Part shown: piece by piece, positions 1-9,904 of the stretch | Layout: every line of letters starts with the position of its first letter | Numbering within the stretch: the stretch's first letter is position 1 | From: Endomicrobiales bacterium | GTDB taxonomy: Bacteria > Elusimicrobiota > Endomicrobiia > Endomicrobiales > CAWCFT01 | Direction of reading: 5' to 3' | Assembly (NCBI GenBank): GCA_963794945.1 | Contig: CAWCFT010000015.1 | Span: 1 to 64,000, forward strand | DNA length: 64,000 bases | The notes under the pieces: generated by a model | What the model saw: the letters and a program-made list of their open reading frames with translations, nothing else | What the model was told of the DNA's origin: nothing | The model's database searches: none | Position numbers and translations under genes: made by a program

Positions 1-38
1 GACACAGCTACGTTATTCAGCTCTACTATCGGATTCAT
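1..38 (-). CDS. 5' end of probable metal ABC transporter ATP-binding protein (runs off window)
   Basis: ATG at 38 overlaps the end of the binding-protein gene. It reads MNPIVELNNVAVS, a typical ABC ATPase N-terminus, and operon position fits. Confidence 0.5.
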   Translation of the reverse strand, partial: MNPIVELNNVAV

Positions 39-855
39 GCATTGCCTTTTCAATTGATTTCATGTTCTGTTGTAAAGTCTCGCAATATGAGCTATTGAAA
101 GGAAAATTAGATAGCGTAATATGGCTTACCTTAAGGTCTTTTGCAATCTGCAGCCCTGTATTCTCACCGTTTTGCAGATTATCAACTACAAGCCTGACTT
201 TTTCTTTTTTAGCAATATTCATAATATTCGCCATTTCGCGAATATTCAAATCTTCCGGCCTGCCGTATGTTTTTATTATATCAAACCCAAGCCAGACAAG
301 AAAATCCTTTTGCTGTTCGGAACATATAACTTTTATTCCTTTGTAATTTGCCGTTTTTCTAATGCCGGCGGATAGAAATTCTACCTTTTTTATATAATTT
401 TTAAGGTTTTTTTGATAATACTCTTTATCAGGGATATCGCTCACGGCAAGAATAGCGGCAATTTCTGGCGCCGCCTTGATGTTAATTTCTGCTATCATCC
501 AATTGCCCGGCGTTGCCGCAGGTTTATTTAAAATTCCCTTATTATCTATTTTGTTCAGCAGATTTACAACCCATTTTTCCCATACATGGTTTATCAGCAG
601 CTTTGACCTCGCAATTTTCTTCATTGTCCCTGGGTCGTAGTCAAAATTGCCGGGGCACATGCTTCCGGGCACAAGGGTTATTACTTCAACTTTGTTTTTT
701 CCTATCTCAAACACAAGAGAAGCAATGTGAGTTGTTGTAGCGACTACCTTGATTTTCGCAGGCTCATTTTCAATACAATTACCTGAAACGGTAATAATGA
801 AAGATAAAAGCAGGCAAAAAGAGTATTTTAAAATTCTATTCAATGGTTTCTCCAT
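13..855 (-). CDS. Metal ABC transporter substrate-binding protein (ZnuA/TroA, cluster A-I)
   Basis: Signal peptide, then 'IKVVATTTHIASLVFEIGKNKVEVITLVPGSMCPGNFDYDP', matching the ZnuA/TroA N-terminal pattern (with Cys in the CPxxF motif). Confidence 0.85.
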   Translation of the reverse strand: MEKPLNRILKYSFCLLLSFIITVSGNCIENEPAKIKVVATTTHIASLVFEIGKNKVEVITLVPGSMCPGNFDYDPGTMKKIARSKLLINHVWEKWVVNLLNKIDNKGILNKPAATPGNWMIAEINIKAAPEIAAILAVSDIPDKEYYQKNLKNYIKKVEFLSAGIRKTANYKGIKVICSEQQKDFLVWLGFDIIKTYGRPEDLNIREMANIMNIAKKEKVRLVVDNLQNGENTGLQIAKDLKVSHITLSNFPFNSSYCETLQQNMKSIEKAMHESDSRAE

Positions 856-856
856 A

Positions 857-896
857 TTAAAACCGAGGGGACACCGATGAAGATATCCCCTCGGTT
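857..896 (-). terminator. Intergenic hairpin (terminator-like or mRNA-processing)
   Basis: Perfect 11-bp inverted repeat AACCGAGGGGA (861-871) / TCCCCTCGGTT (886-896), followed by a short U run on the minus strand. Confidence 0.55.
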
Positions 897-914
897 CCGA
901 ACCAACCTTTACTA

Positions 915-2723
915 TTAGAATGTGTAACTAATTCCGCTATTATAGTATCTTCCGGGCTGAATGACAAGCTCGCTCAATCTTGAGTTGTACAATCCGTAAG
1001 ACTTGTCGCCTATATTGTTAATTGCGAAGAATGCCGAAATGTGCTTAGTAAATTTATAATTTACTTTGGCGTTTACTATAAAAAAGTCATCGATTTTACC
1101 GGTTGAATTGTTGTTTTCATAATAGTTGTTGACATATTGCCCACTGATAATGCCGGACACTTTTTTTCTGTCGTAGCGCATCGAAATATCAACTTTGTTG
1201 CCTGCCGTGTCCGCAGTATATTGGCCCGGGTTAAGGTAAGAATAATTTAATTCGCCGGTGGCATATTTCAACATTGACACCTTAAGAGACGCCTCAATGC
1301 CTTTGAATTCAAAATTTCCCGCGTTTTGAAATTGCATGGCGGGATAGTTGCCGACCATTTGAATCAAATTTGTTCCATCCATAATATAGCCTACAACATC
1401 TAAAGCCGCTTTCTCCGCCAATTTTTGATTGATTCCCAATTCATAGTCCTCGACATGCTCGGGTTTCAAATTAGGATTGCTGAATGGTTCCAAAAATAGG
1501 TGAAACATATCCGGGTCGCGGAACCCGTTGCTGACATTAGCCCTGAGAGTTGTCCCGTCAACAACTTTATACACCGCTCCGGCCTGCGGATTAAATGAAG
1601 TTCCTGACACTTCATCATTGTTGTATCTTGCACCGGCATTAATAGTGAGCTTTTGGAAAAATATCTGCGAATCTGTCAGATAGCCAGCGTAATCATACAT
1701 TTTATACTCGCCCAGTTTCGGCACACCGCCAAGGACGTCTCCGTCCATGTTCTTGAACTCAATACCGCCGATCAGCTCGTTCGTATCCAGAAGTTTTTTT
1801 GAGCCGTGAACAATGACCCCGTCAGTGTAGTCCCTTGAATTCCACCCGTCAGCGAAAAGATGCTCTCCAAAGTTGCGGTACCCTTTAATAAAACCATTCC
1901 ATCCATCGGTAGTCTTAGAATAGGTTAAATCCACAGAACCCCGTTTATAGTCTTCCCAGTAGTTTGATATCGTGGGATTAGGCATTTCATCATGGCAAAA
2001 GTAGTATTTACTGCTTAACGAAAGTTCCGACTTGTCCTGGAACGTGTAACCGACCCTCAAAGTCTGGTCCTGTCCATTGTAAGCGGTGTCAGCTATGTAA
2101 CCGTCGGTTGACTGTTTATCCATGGTAAAATAATAATTCCACGGGCCCTTGTTGCTCCCGGCTCTAACGCGGTATTCCTGAGTATTAAATGAACCGTACG
2201 AAATCATCGCATCGCCTTCAAACTCTTCGCGCGCTTTGCGGGTAATTATATTGACCACTCCGCCAAGGGCATCCGAACCGTACATCAATGAAGCAGGCCC
2301 TCTTATAACTTCTATGCTTTCAACGTTGTTAAGCGGAAATGTTTGGGTAACAGAGCAACCGAATATCGAGCTTTTGTCAGGCCGCCCGTCAATCATTACC
2401 GATATATCAGTGCCTGAGCTCCCTTCACCCCTTATACTTACATCGGACCTTCCCAGCTGGCCGGTTTTTTCAACAAATACTCCAGGAAGCGTCCCGAGTA
2501 TGTCGGTCGCGGAATGAACATCAGATACCGCGATGTCGTCTTTTGTAACTACGCTTACGCTTTGCGGTACATCCGCAACAGGTTTTTCTTCTCCTGTTGG
2601 AGTGATAGCGCTCTTATCCAGGCTTAGATATACCTCGCCGCAAAATCCGTTTGAAAAAACCAACGTACAAATTACACTCACAGCCACAACCGATCTTAAA
2701 ACAACACTTTTGGAAACTCCCAT
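915..2723 (-). CDS. TonB-dependent outer-membrane receptor (probably nickel/metal)
   Basis: Plug motif 'NVESIEVIRGPASLMYGSDALGGVVNIITR' and C-terminal 'PGRYYNSGISYTF'. Start set at ATG 2723, downstream of an AAGGAGG RBS. Adjacent to nikR. Confidence 0.9.
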   Translation of the reverse strand: MGVSKSVVLRSVVAVSVICTLVFSNGFCGEVYLSLDKSAITPTGEEKPVADVPQSVSVVTKDDIAVSDVHSATDILGTLPGVFVEKTGQLGRSDVSIRGEGSSGTDISVMIDGRPDKSSIFGCSVTQTFPLNNVESIEVIRGPASLMYGSDALGGVVNIITRKAREEFEGDAMISYGSFNTQEYRVRAGSNKGPWNYYFTMDKQSTDGYIADTAYNGQDQTLRVGYTFQDKSELSLSSKYYFCHDEMPNPTISNYWEDYKRGSVDLTYSKTTDGWNGFIKGYRNFGEHLFADGWNSRDYTDGVIVHGSKKLLDTNELIGGIEFKNMDGDVLGGVPKLGEYKMYDYAGYLTDSQIFFQKLTINAGARYNNDEVSGTSFNPQAGAVYKVVDGTTLRANVSNGFRDPDMFHLFLEPFSNPNLKPEHVEDYELGINQKLAEKAALDVVGYIMDGTNLIQMVGNYPAMQFQNAGNFEFKGIEASLKVSMLKYATGELNYSYLNPGQYTADTAGNKVDISMRYDRKKVSGIISGQYVNNYYENNNSTGKIDDFFIVNAKVNYKFTKHISAFFAINNIGDKSYGLYNSRLSELVIQPGRYYNSGISYTF

Positions 2724-2775
2724 CGTTTTACTCCTCCTTTTTGAGCTTTCGCTCATTAACACTAATCTCAATCAA

Positions 2776-2802
2776 TACATACTTATTACATATTCGTGCT
2801 AC
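2776..2802. promoter_or_regulatory. Putative NikR operator
   Basis: TACATAC-N13-GTGCTAC between nikR and the receptor start. Spacing and half-sites resemble NikR operators as I recall them for Geobacter. Confidence 0.5.
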
Positions 2803-2821
2803 GATATGACAAAAAAATATA

Positions 2822-3238
2822 CTACTCACTGCTTTTTGCTGTAGCCAGCCTTAGCGAACTGTGCTTTACGCCTTTGACAGTTTTAATCTGAGTAGCAAGT
2901 TTCTCTATCATCTGCTTCTCGCCTTTTACAATTACGATTTCAAAACAGTTATGATGGTCTAAATGTATATGCTGGGAAGAAAGAATAATTTCTTGATGAT
3001 CATGCTGGATATCGGTGAGTTTGTTTAAAATCTCTCTCTTGTGATGGTCATAAACAATATCGATAGATCCTACAACCTCTGCCGTATCCTTGGAGATTTC
3101 ACTGTCGGAAATAGTTTGCCTGATAAAATCTTCTATAGCTTTTGAACGTGTAGGATACTTCTGTTCACGGATCACCGCATCAAATTTATCAAGAAGGTCT
3201 TTTGCGATAGATACACCAAACCGAGCTAATGGTGACAT
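2822..3238 (-). CDS. nikR: Nickel-responsive transcriptional regulator NikR
   Basis: Ribbon-helix-helix start 'RFGVSI...RSKAIEDFIR', plus 'YDHH' and the 'HIHLDHHNCFE' nickel site. Confidence 0.95.
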   Translation of the reverse strand: MSPLARFGVSIAKDLLDKFDAVIREQKYPTRSKAIEDFIRQTISDSEISKDTAEVVGSIDIVYDHHKREILNKLTDIQHDHQEIILSSQHIHLDHHNCFEIVIVKGEKQMIEKLATQIKTVKGVKHSSLRLATAKSSE

Positions 3239-3268
3239 TAATTGTTTCCTCTGTATATGTTTGTTAGA

Positions 3269-3297
3269 ATCGTAGCATTTTGTTATTTGATTGTCAA
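3269..3297 (-). promoter_or_regulatory. sigma70-type promoter of nikR
   Basis: TTGACA-N17-TACGAT with an extended TG. An ATGCTAC NikR-like half-site overlaps the -10. Confidence 0.6.
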
Positions 3298-3389
3298 TTC
3301 ATGGGTTGACTTTAAAAGTTAATATTTTTCGTTATTTTTTTCATTTTAGTTTTATTTGTAAGTCTCCCGTTTTAAACTCCTCAAAATTA

Positions 3390-3734
3390 TTATGTCCAAA
3401 GATATGACCGTATATTGACAAGGCGGTGAAGGTATTTCGTATCTTCTCTGCACCACTTTTCCTCTAATTCAAAATCCTTGTCCATTGCTTTATAAACTTT
3501 AGCGTATTTTTTTCTATCTGGCCAAATTATTTCTGCGGCAGGTTGGCCTTTAATCGGTCTTGTTTTTAACTTAAAATCTTTAAGTCTTTTATCGTCAAAA
3601 GGGCTTTTTCTTTTTGGGCGTATTTTAGTCCACCATTTGTATAGTGCTTGTATTTCGGCCCACGCTTTTCTGTTTTTCTTATCGTGACCCCAATCAATTA
3701 TTCTATGCGGATCCTCTTTTTCAACAAAATTCAT
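3390..3734 (-). CDS. Hypothetical protein, possibly an N-terminally truncated phage-like remnant
   Basis: 114-aa Lys/Trp-rich ORF with no recognisable motif and an in-frame stop a few codons upstream. Confidence 0.45.
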   Translation of the reverse strand: MNFVEKEDPHRIIDWGHDKKNRKAWAEIQALYKWWTKIRPKRKSPFDDKRLKDFKLKTRPIKGQPAAEIIWPDRKKYAKVYKAMDKDFELEEKWCREDTKYLHRLVNIRSYLWT

Positions 3735-3876
3735 GATCTCTGCGGCATATGCCTAGTGGATAATTCATGTACCAAATGGAACATATTTTATACACATTCC
3801 CGTTTTACATGTATTTTGGGAGTTATCAACTCCATTTTGCATATTGATAAATCCCAACGATATCTTAAAATGGCGT

Positions 3877-4986
3877 TCAGATCAACTCTTTAAGGAATAT
3901 AACTGCCGGAGCTACGCGGATTCCTTCGGGCGTTTTGTAGTCCTTGCTGCCCGCAGCGTGTATCTGCCATGATTCTACCGCCGGATACCTGGTTTTCAGG
4001 TATTTTAATCCTTTGCCTACTTCATCATCCGCCCATTTTACTTCTACGAATATAATGGGCTTTTTGTCTTCAGTGACCACAAAATCAACTTCTCTGCCGT
4101 CAATATCCCTAAAATACCGCAATTCTAAATCCCTACCCTTCGTGTCTTCCTCAAAATGAACCCATTTCAGAAGATGCGAGGCCACCATGTTTTCAAACCT
4201 TTTAGGCATATCGTTAATCAGAGACCAGTCAAAATGGTAATGTTTTTGTTCTTTTTTTACTGCCCTTATTTTCGGAGCGCCAAAAGGCGGTAACCTGAAA
4301 ATTGCGTACATTCTTTCAAGTATGCTTATCCATTTTGAAAGAGTTTTATGGCTTATTTGCAGGTCTTCTCTCAAAGCATTTATGGAGAGGGGACTTCCTA
4401 CTAAATCGGGTAGCCGTAAAACGAGCAGCTCAAGATTACCAAGGTCTTTTACGTGTTCAAGAGAAATCACATCTTCTTTCAGAAACCTGTTTCTGTATTC
4501 TCTTGACCATCTTTTCGCTTCAACTTTCGATTTTCCTAAAAACGGTTCAGGAAACCCACCCAACTCCAAAAGCTCAATTAATCCTGAATTATTATGGACC
4601 CCTGCTTCCTTTACCGACAACGGATGAAGCCTTAAATAATGATATCTTCCCTGCAAGGAATCTCCGCCAAACCTGTAAAAGTCAAGTCTTGCGCTTCCTG
4701 TAACAAGAATCTGCGTTTCCTGGCCTGATTTATCGAAAAGTCCTTTAAGGTAATTTCTCCATGAATGATATTTGTGTATTTCATCGAAGATCAATGCCTT
4801 TGAATCTGGAAGCTGCCTTTTTAAAATTTGTTCTCTGTCCTCCGCCACATCCCAATTCAGATAGCTTTTCTTGTCAGCAATAATCTGTTTTGCCAAAAAA
4901 GTCTTGCCTACCTGCCTCGGGCCGCCCAGGAAGACCATTTTCTTTGATAAATCCTTGATAATCTGTTCTGTTAGGTATCTTTTCAT
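3877..4986 (-). CDS. AAA_14 ATPase with DUF4143 / C-terminal PD-(D/E)xK-like domain
   Basis: Walker A 'GPRQVGKT', Walker B 'IFDEIH', 'VTGS', 'GGFPE', 'FENMVA', and C-terminal 'EVDFVV...EVK'. Confidence 0.9.
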   Translation of the reverse strand: MKRYLTEQIIKDLSKKMVFLGGPRQVGKTFLAKQIIADKKSYLNWDVAEDREQILKRQLPDSKALIFDEIHKYHSWRNYLKGLFDKSGQETQILVTGSARLDFYRFGGDSLQGRYHYLRLHPLSVKEAGVHNNSGLIELLELGGFPEPFLGKSKVEAKRWSREYRNRFLKEDVISLEHVKDLGNLELLVLRLPDLVGSPLSINALREDLQISHKTLSKWISILERMYAIFRLPPFGAPKIRAVKKEQKHYHFDWSLINDMPKRFENMVASHLLKWVHFEEDTKGRDLELRYFRDIDGREVDFVVTEDKKPIIFVEVKWADDEVGKGLKYLKTRYPAVESWQIHAAGSKDYKTPEGIRVAPAVIFLKELI

Positions 4987-4992
4987 GGTTTG

Positions 4993-5062
4993 AGTATACT
5001 ACTTTATTTGCTCTATGTCAAATATACTCGCGAGTAATTATACTTATGGGTGAAATTACTCG
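4993..5062 (-). promoter_or_regulatory. sigma70 promoter (probably leaderless) with upstream inverted repeat
   Basis: TTGACA (5016-5021)-N17-TATACT (4993-4998), ending 6 nt before the ATG. Inverted repeat CGAGTAATT (5031-5039) / AATTACTCG (5054-5062). Confidence 0.6.
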
Positions 5063-5130
5063 GGGTGGAAAAAGCAAAAAGTTGGGTGGTTTTTGGGTGG
5101 GTTATAGCCAAAACCATGAAAATCAACCGT

Positions 5131-7535
5131 CTAAATGCCCAATGATTGTTCCCCGTTGATAAAATATCCAAGCATCTTGTAGGTTTTCAAACGTTTCCGG
5201 TACATACCCGCCAAAACTGAAATACCGCTATCAACATAATCGTAGATACGAATGCTCTGCTTATCTGCATGTTGCCGGTGCAGTCGCCCCGTATACTGCA
5301 CGATCCTTCCCTTAAATGAACTTGGCATGGCCAAAAACAGCGTATCTAACCCGGGTTCGTCAAAACCTTCTCCTATGTATGAGCCGGTAGCTATGATGAT
5401 TTTGCCTTTATCAGCAGGAAACATCTTCAGTTGTTCCATAATTTCCTGACGTTTTTTCTGCTTTAATCCGCCGTATAGGAGTATAATCGAATCAACTTTT
5501 CCTCGAAGCAATTCGGCAAATCTTTCAAGATGTTCCTTGCGTTCGGTAAGAATCAAGATAAATCTGCCTTCTGATACTGCGGCAAGCACATCATTAATGA
5601 TAAGTCGGTTGCGCTGCTGCCATCGGCAATCATTTTCTGCCACAGGTCGTGTATCTTAGAATCATCTTTCCACTCATACGGGAATGCGGTTTCACGGGTA
5701 ACAACACAGGCACCGAAAACATGCGTAGATAAATCGCTTTGCTTGATTTGATAGCTTACCGGCCCGCACTGCATATGAATAATAGGCTGATGGCCATCTC
5801 TCCGGTATGGCGTTGCCGTAAGGCCCAGCACATATTTCGCCTTTGCCTGCGTTAATACTTTCTCAAATGAAAAGGCGCTGACATGGTGGCATTCATCCAT
5901 GATCACAAATCCATAGTTTGCGATTCGATCGTCAACCCCATCCTGAGTATCCAGGCTTTGAACCATTGCTACATCAATAATACCGGTAGATTTGTTCTTG
6001 CCGCCACCAATCTGTCCGATATTTTTCTTCTCAATACCCAACAGTGATGATATTTGGAGCCTCCATTGCTCCATAATCGGTTTTCTATGAACTAAAATAA
6101 GCGCGCTGGTTTTCCTTTCCGCGATAGATGCTATAGCAAAAACTGTTTTGCCGCTGCCCGGGGAGCGACAATAACCCCACAATCTTCAGAACAAGATACC
6201 TTTAAGAGCCTTCTGCTGCTCCGGATTAAGTATGCCTTGAAATTGGAATTCGGTTCTTTTTCCCTCATTTCTTTTATCCTTCAAAATCAGTTTAACACCG
6301 TACTCCTTTAACAGCGCCTTAATATCATATAAACATCCGCGCGGCAAAGAAAGATACCCGTCAATTATCTCAGAACAGCAAATCACCCGTGGCGTTGCAT
6401 GAGTCGAAAACCGCATTTTCTGCTTGCGATAAAACTCAGGATTTTGAAATGCCGCAAGATGTTTTAACTGATTCAATAAAGGAGAAGGCACATTCTCCGT
6501 CTTGATATAGACTCGGTTTGCTACTACCGCTTCCAGTGAATCCGGCAGGTTTTTGATCTCTACATTGAATCGCCTTTTCCCAGAAGGCAATCTCATCCAG
6601 GGCTCATCATTTTCATCGACCGGACTTTGTCTTACCCCAATGATTTGTCCCGTTTTCAACCCCTCATCGACAATTCTTTGAACCTCAGGATAAGTCATCT
6701 TTCGTATGGTTCTTAAAAATGACCATTGATCTTGATAAGGGATACCGCGCTCATCAATGAAAACAGTGTTACCATCAGAAACGGATTCCTTCTGCAAAGG
6801 CAGAGCTATCAAATTACCGAATCCACCTTTTGGTAAAGTATCCTGATTGGGGAATAAACGGTCGTAGCTTTTCATATCTATCTGATAACGTTTTGTCATA
6901 GCTTTTGTAATCAAAAAACTTCCCAGCCTTCTTGCTAAAACCGCCGGTATTTCTTCATTGAAAAATATCCATGCATGCCCGCCAACTCCTGAACGGGATC
7001 TCTCAATCGCCACCGGGACACCTTGCTCCTGGCAAACAATTTTTAGAGCGGAAATATCATCAAACCAATGTTCCTTATCAAAATCCATCGCCAGGAAAAA
7101 ACAGCTCTCATTTTGCAGCATCGGATATACGCCAATAACCTCTTTTCCGGCAAAGTGTTGGCGGACAGCGGATTCATCAAGCGGCTTAAACGACTGACGA
7201 GGGCATTCAGAACATTTGACTGCGGGTTTCTTGCAAAGCGCTCGTATCCATTCATTCTTACAGACAGGGCTATAACCCTTTTTGCCGGTTCGATTATTTA
7301 TCCATAAATGGGCATGAACATCACTTCGGCCGCGAAAGTATTCCGTGAACAGAGCGATTTTATCTTCTGTAGTAAGATTACAGGATTTTGTTTGTTCTTC
7401 TATGTCCGAGGAAGGCGCTTCAAATGTGAGAAGCTGATTGAGGCATTTCTGCTTGATTTCAGTGAGGAGGGTAATTTGCTCTTCGAGTTTCTTAATCTTG
7501 TCCTTAAGTTTTCCATGTTCATTTTCTTCGCTCAT
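5131..7535 (-). CDS. TOTE-type archaeo-eukaryotic primase domain fused to SF2 (ResIII/XPB-like) helicase; split by frameshifts
   Basis: AEP motifs 'FLAMDFD', 'ERSRSG..GHAWIFF', 'DRLFPNQD..PKGGFGNLIALPLQ'. Helicase motifs 'PGSGKT', 'DECHH', 'GLTATP', 'GEGFD', 'QYTGRLHR'. Spread over ORFs 6186-7535, 5553-6182 and 5131-5643. Confidence 0.85.
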
Positions 7536-7716
7536 TGCACTTTACCAATGCTTATTTTTCCACTAAAGTAAGTTCCGTGCAATAGAAAATACGCCTGTTT
7601 GGTCTAAATTTAAAAGTTAGTATTTTCTCGTTGCTCTTTGCTATTCTTCTTTTCATTTTAGCCGATTATCGTAAGCTTTGATGCCTTTATAGCGCTTTAT
7701 GACGCCTTTACTGTGT

Positions 7717-8175
7717 TTAGCGCGGGTTTATTACTGCTTTAGCATTTTTTAAGACCCTTTTAGCGCGTTTAGTGAGTTTATGTTGGGTTTTATTTTCCAG
7801 CATCTCAAGCATTAGCTTGCGCCGCTCTCGTAATGGAACATCAAATACACTTCTACCCAAATGGGAGAAAGCGTCGCCAATACGGCCATGGCTTCCACCA
7901 AGATTATAGATATCGCACCATACCCCGCCTTCGCAATGAGGCAAGGTACACTCCTTAAAAATGGCGCAATTTCTGTTTTCATAACGTCTTGCCGCATCTA
8001 ATAGCGCAGGAGCCGCGCCGATGGGAACGTTCGCCTTTGTAGCGGCATCGCGCATTGCATTAGCGATATCATGTTTGTAATCATCACAAGACAAAACGAT
8101 ACTTGCCTCTTTAAGCATTTCAGCTTTTGTGAATAGCTTCGCGATGAGATTTTTATGTTTCTTTGTATATTCCAT
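7717..8175 (-). CDS. Hypothetical protein (Cys cluster)
   Basis: 152-aa ORF directly downstream of abiEii, containing CxxxxxCxxxxCxxxxxC. Confidence 0.55.
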   Translation of the reverse strand: MEYTKKHKNLIAKLFTKAEMLKEASIVLSCDDYKHDIANAMRDAATKANVPIGAAPALLDAARRYENRNCAIFKECTLPHCEGGVWCDIYNLGGSHGRIGDAFSHLGRSVFDVPLRERRKLMLEMLENKTQHKLTKRAKRVLKNAKAVINPR

Positions 8176-8193
8176 AAGACCGTCTTATGTAAA

Positions 8194-9093
8194 TTACAAT
8201 TGCAAAACACTTCTTAGTTTTTCTATCAGCTCTTTATGTTTTCTTTTCGGTATACGGTTTATATTAAGCAGTTTCCATTGAATACCCGGAAGCTTATCCG
8301 CACCCTCAACGCTGATTAAATCCCACCGAGGAACACCTTCTTTGATTGATAAGAGAAAATATCTTTCTTTTTCTGTAAGACTTTTCAGTAGAGTCGCCGG
8401 CATCTTCTTTTGAATGCTGCTCAATTCCTCATAACTCACATCCAATGTCGTCATTCCTTTAAAATCAAGATCATACATTCTTTTGAAATCTTGGATTGAC
8501 GGCGAAAGCACTTCATGCATAGGCCTATCATGGCTTGCCAAATAAATAACAAAAGCTTTCCTTACCTGCTCCGTTATGCCTTCATTCTCTAACAAAAGTT
8601 TTATATCAAACATGTCCCTCGGATGCTGGCGGTCTAAAGCGGCGCACAATTTCCCGCCGTAAATATCTGCAAAAGACAGCGTGTTTAGTGAAACGAACAA
8701 CTCAAACATATCCTGAGCGGGTTTACAAAGATTCTTCTCTTCAACAGGAAAAACAGCGCCTCGAAGAACGGTATTAGGCTCAATTTTTATTTGAACATCA
8801 TTGAATCTTACTAATAGCTTATAATCATTATCCTGCTGAAATCGCAAGCCTGGTATAGCCTTTCTTGCCGCCCTGGCTATCCTTTTAAGCGCATCACTGA
8901 TGTTTTTAAGCGATTGCTCCCTTGATTCGATGGGAATATAAGAAAGGTCAATATCAACCGACAAACGGGGCATGTCGCGAAAAAAGAAATTTATAGCGGT
9001 GCCGCCTTTGAGCGCAAAACATTTTTCCTGCGCTGTAAATGGCAGCATACGAAGCATTAATTCTGCTTGATTATAAAACGGGCTATTTTTCAT
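8194..9093 (-). CDS. abiEii: Type IV TA toxin, AbiEii nucleotidyltransferase
   Basis: 'FALKGGTAINFF..RLSVDIDL' and 'GGKLCAALDRQHPRDMFD' motifs. Overlaps abiEi. Confidence 0.93.
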   Translation of the reverse strand: MKNSPFYNQAELMLRMLPFTAQEKCFALKGGTAINFFFRDMPRLSVDIDLSYIPIESREQSLKNISDALKRIARAARKAIPGLRFQQDNDYKLLVRFNDVQIKIEPNTVLRGAVFPVEEKNLCKPAQDMFELFVSLNTLSFADIYGGKLCAALDRQHPRDMFDIKLLLENEGITEQVRKAFVIYLASHDRPMHEVLSPSIQDFKRMYDLDFKGMTTLDVSYEELSSIQKKMPATLLKSLTEKERYFLLSIKEGVPRWDLISVEGADKLPGIQWKLLNINRIPKRKHKELIEKLRSVLQL

Positions 9094-9868
9094 CTTTTAG
9101 AGACATGGGAACGGTTATATTATACTTAGAATCCAGGTAACCACCCTTAGCTATAACGCGCTTTCCCCGGCCCATATTGACTTTTGGCAGGTCAAGGGCT
9201 TTAACCCAGGAATGTTTGCAATTCTCGGCAAGAAACATAAAAAGACGTTTCGCTTTTACTGATTTGCACCCTTCAAGAAGCTTTTGAACTACATTGGGGC
9301 GCAGGGTTGCAAGCCCTGTCATTATTTGTTTTGCTTCCTCAAATGATGCATCCTGGGGAACCAGGTAAAGGTATTCGAACATGGCTCTTTCGGGAGAAGC
9401 TATAACTATTTCTTGCCCGTTGACTTCTTTTGAGGTCAAACCTTCGCTTACGGAATCTGCGAATAGATTTGTCATGCAAAAAGATATTTTAACGCCCCAA
9501 TTATTATTCTTGAACCACGCGGGCAGCTTTTCATCTGAATTTCCAAATAACCAAACAGGCGAATCGTCTTTAAACCGTATATAATGCGCGTATCCAAGAT
9601 GTTCAAGCGCAGATTTGCCGCCGACGTGTACAGATAAGCTCATATACTTTTGCAAAGTATATAATCCCCCGGTCCATTGAACCTTGTCGCCGGACGCTCT
9701 TACAAACGCCCCTCTTCCTATACTTTTTATCCAGCCATTGTGTTGATAGGCAGATACTAATTGACGGGTTATTTTGAGTTTATTGAGGAATAAAGGATAA
9801 ACAGCAACAGTCCCTTTTGGCCACAAGAGAAGCAATTGGTTTAATTTACTATTATTATGTCCATTCAT
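9083..9868 (-). CDS. abiEi: Type IV TA antitoxin AbiEi (AbiEi_3 type)
   Basis: 'KLNQLL..WPKG', 'HVGGKSALE..GYAHY', 'SPERAMFE', 'LRP..VQKLLE.CKSVKAKRLF'. Start set at ATG 9868, 7 nt after a -10 box. Confidence 0.9.
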   Translation of the reverse strand: MNGHNNSKLNQLLLLWPKGTVAVYPLFLNKLKITRQLVSAYQHNGWIKSIGRGAFVRASGDKVQWTGGLYTLQKYMSLSVHVGGKSALEHLGYAHYIRFKDDSPVWLFGNSDEKLPAWFKNNNWGVKISFCMTNLFADSVSEGLTSKEVNGQEIVIASPERAMFEYLYLVPQDASFEEAKQIMTGLATLRPNVVQKLLEGCKSVKAKRLFMFLAENCKHSWVKALDLPKVNMGRGKRVIAKGGYLDSKYNITVPMSLKDEK

Positions 9869-9875
9869 ACTATAC

Positions 9876-9904
9876 ATACTAATATATATTTAAACTCTTG
9901 TCAA
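9876..9904 (-). promoter_or_regulatory. sigma70 promoter of abiEi-abiEii (probably leaderless)
   Basis: TTGACA (9899-9904)-N17-TAGTAT (9876-9881). Confidence 0.55.

Noticed and set aside
7608..7640. dif/difH site suggested by ATTTAAAAGTT
   Set aside because: Only an AT-rich flank matches, and there is no paired Xer-binding inverted core.
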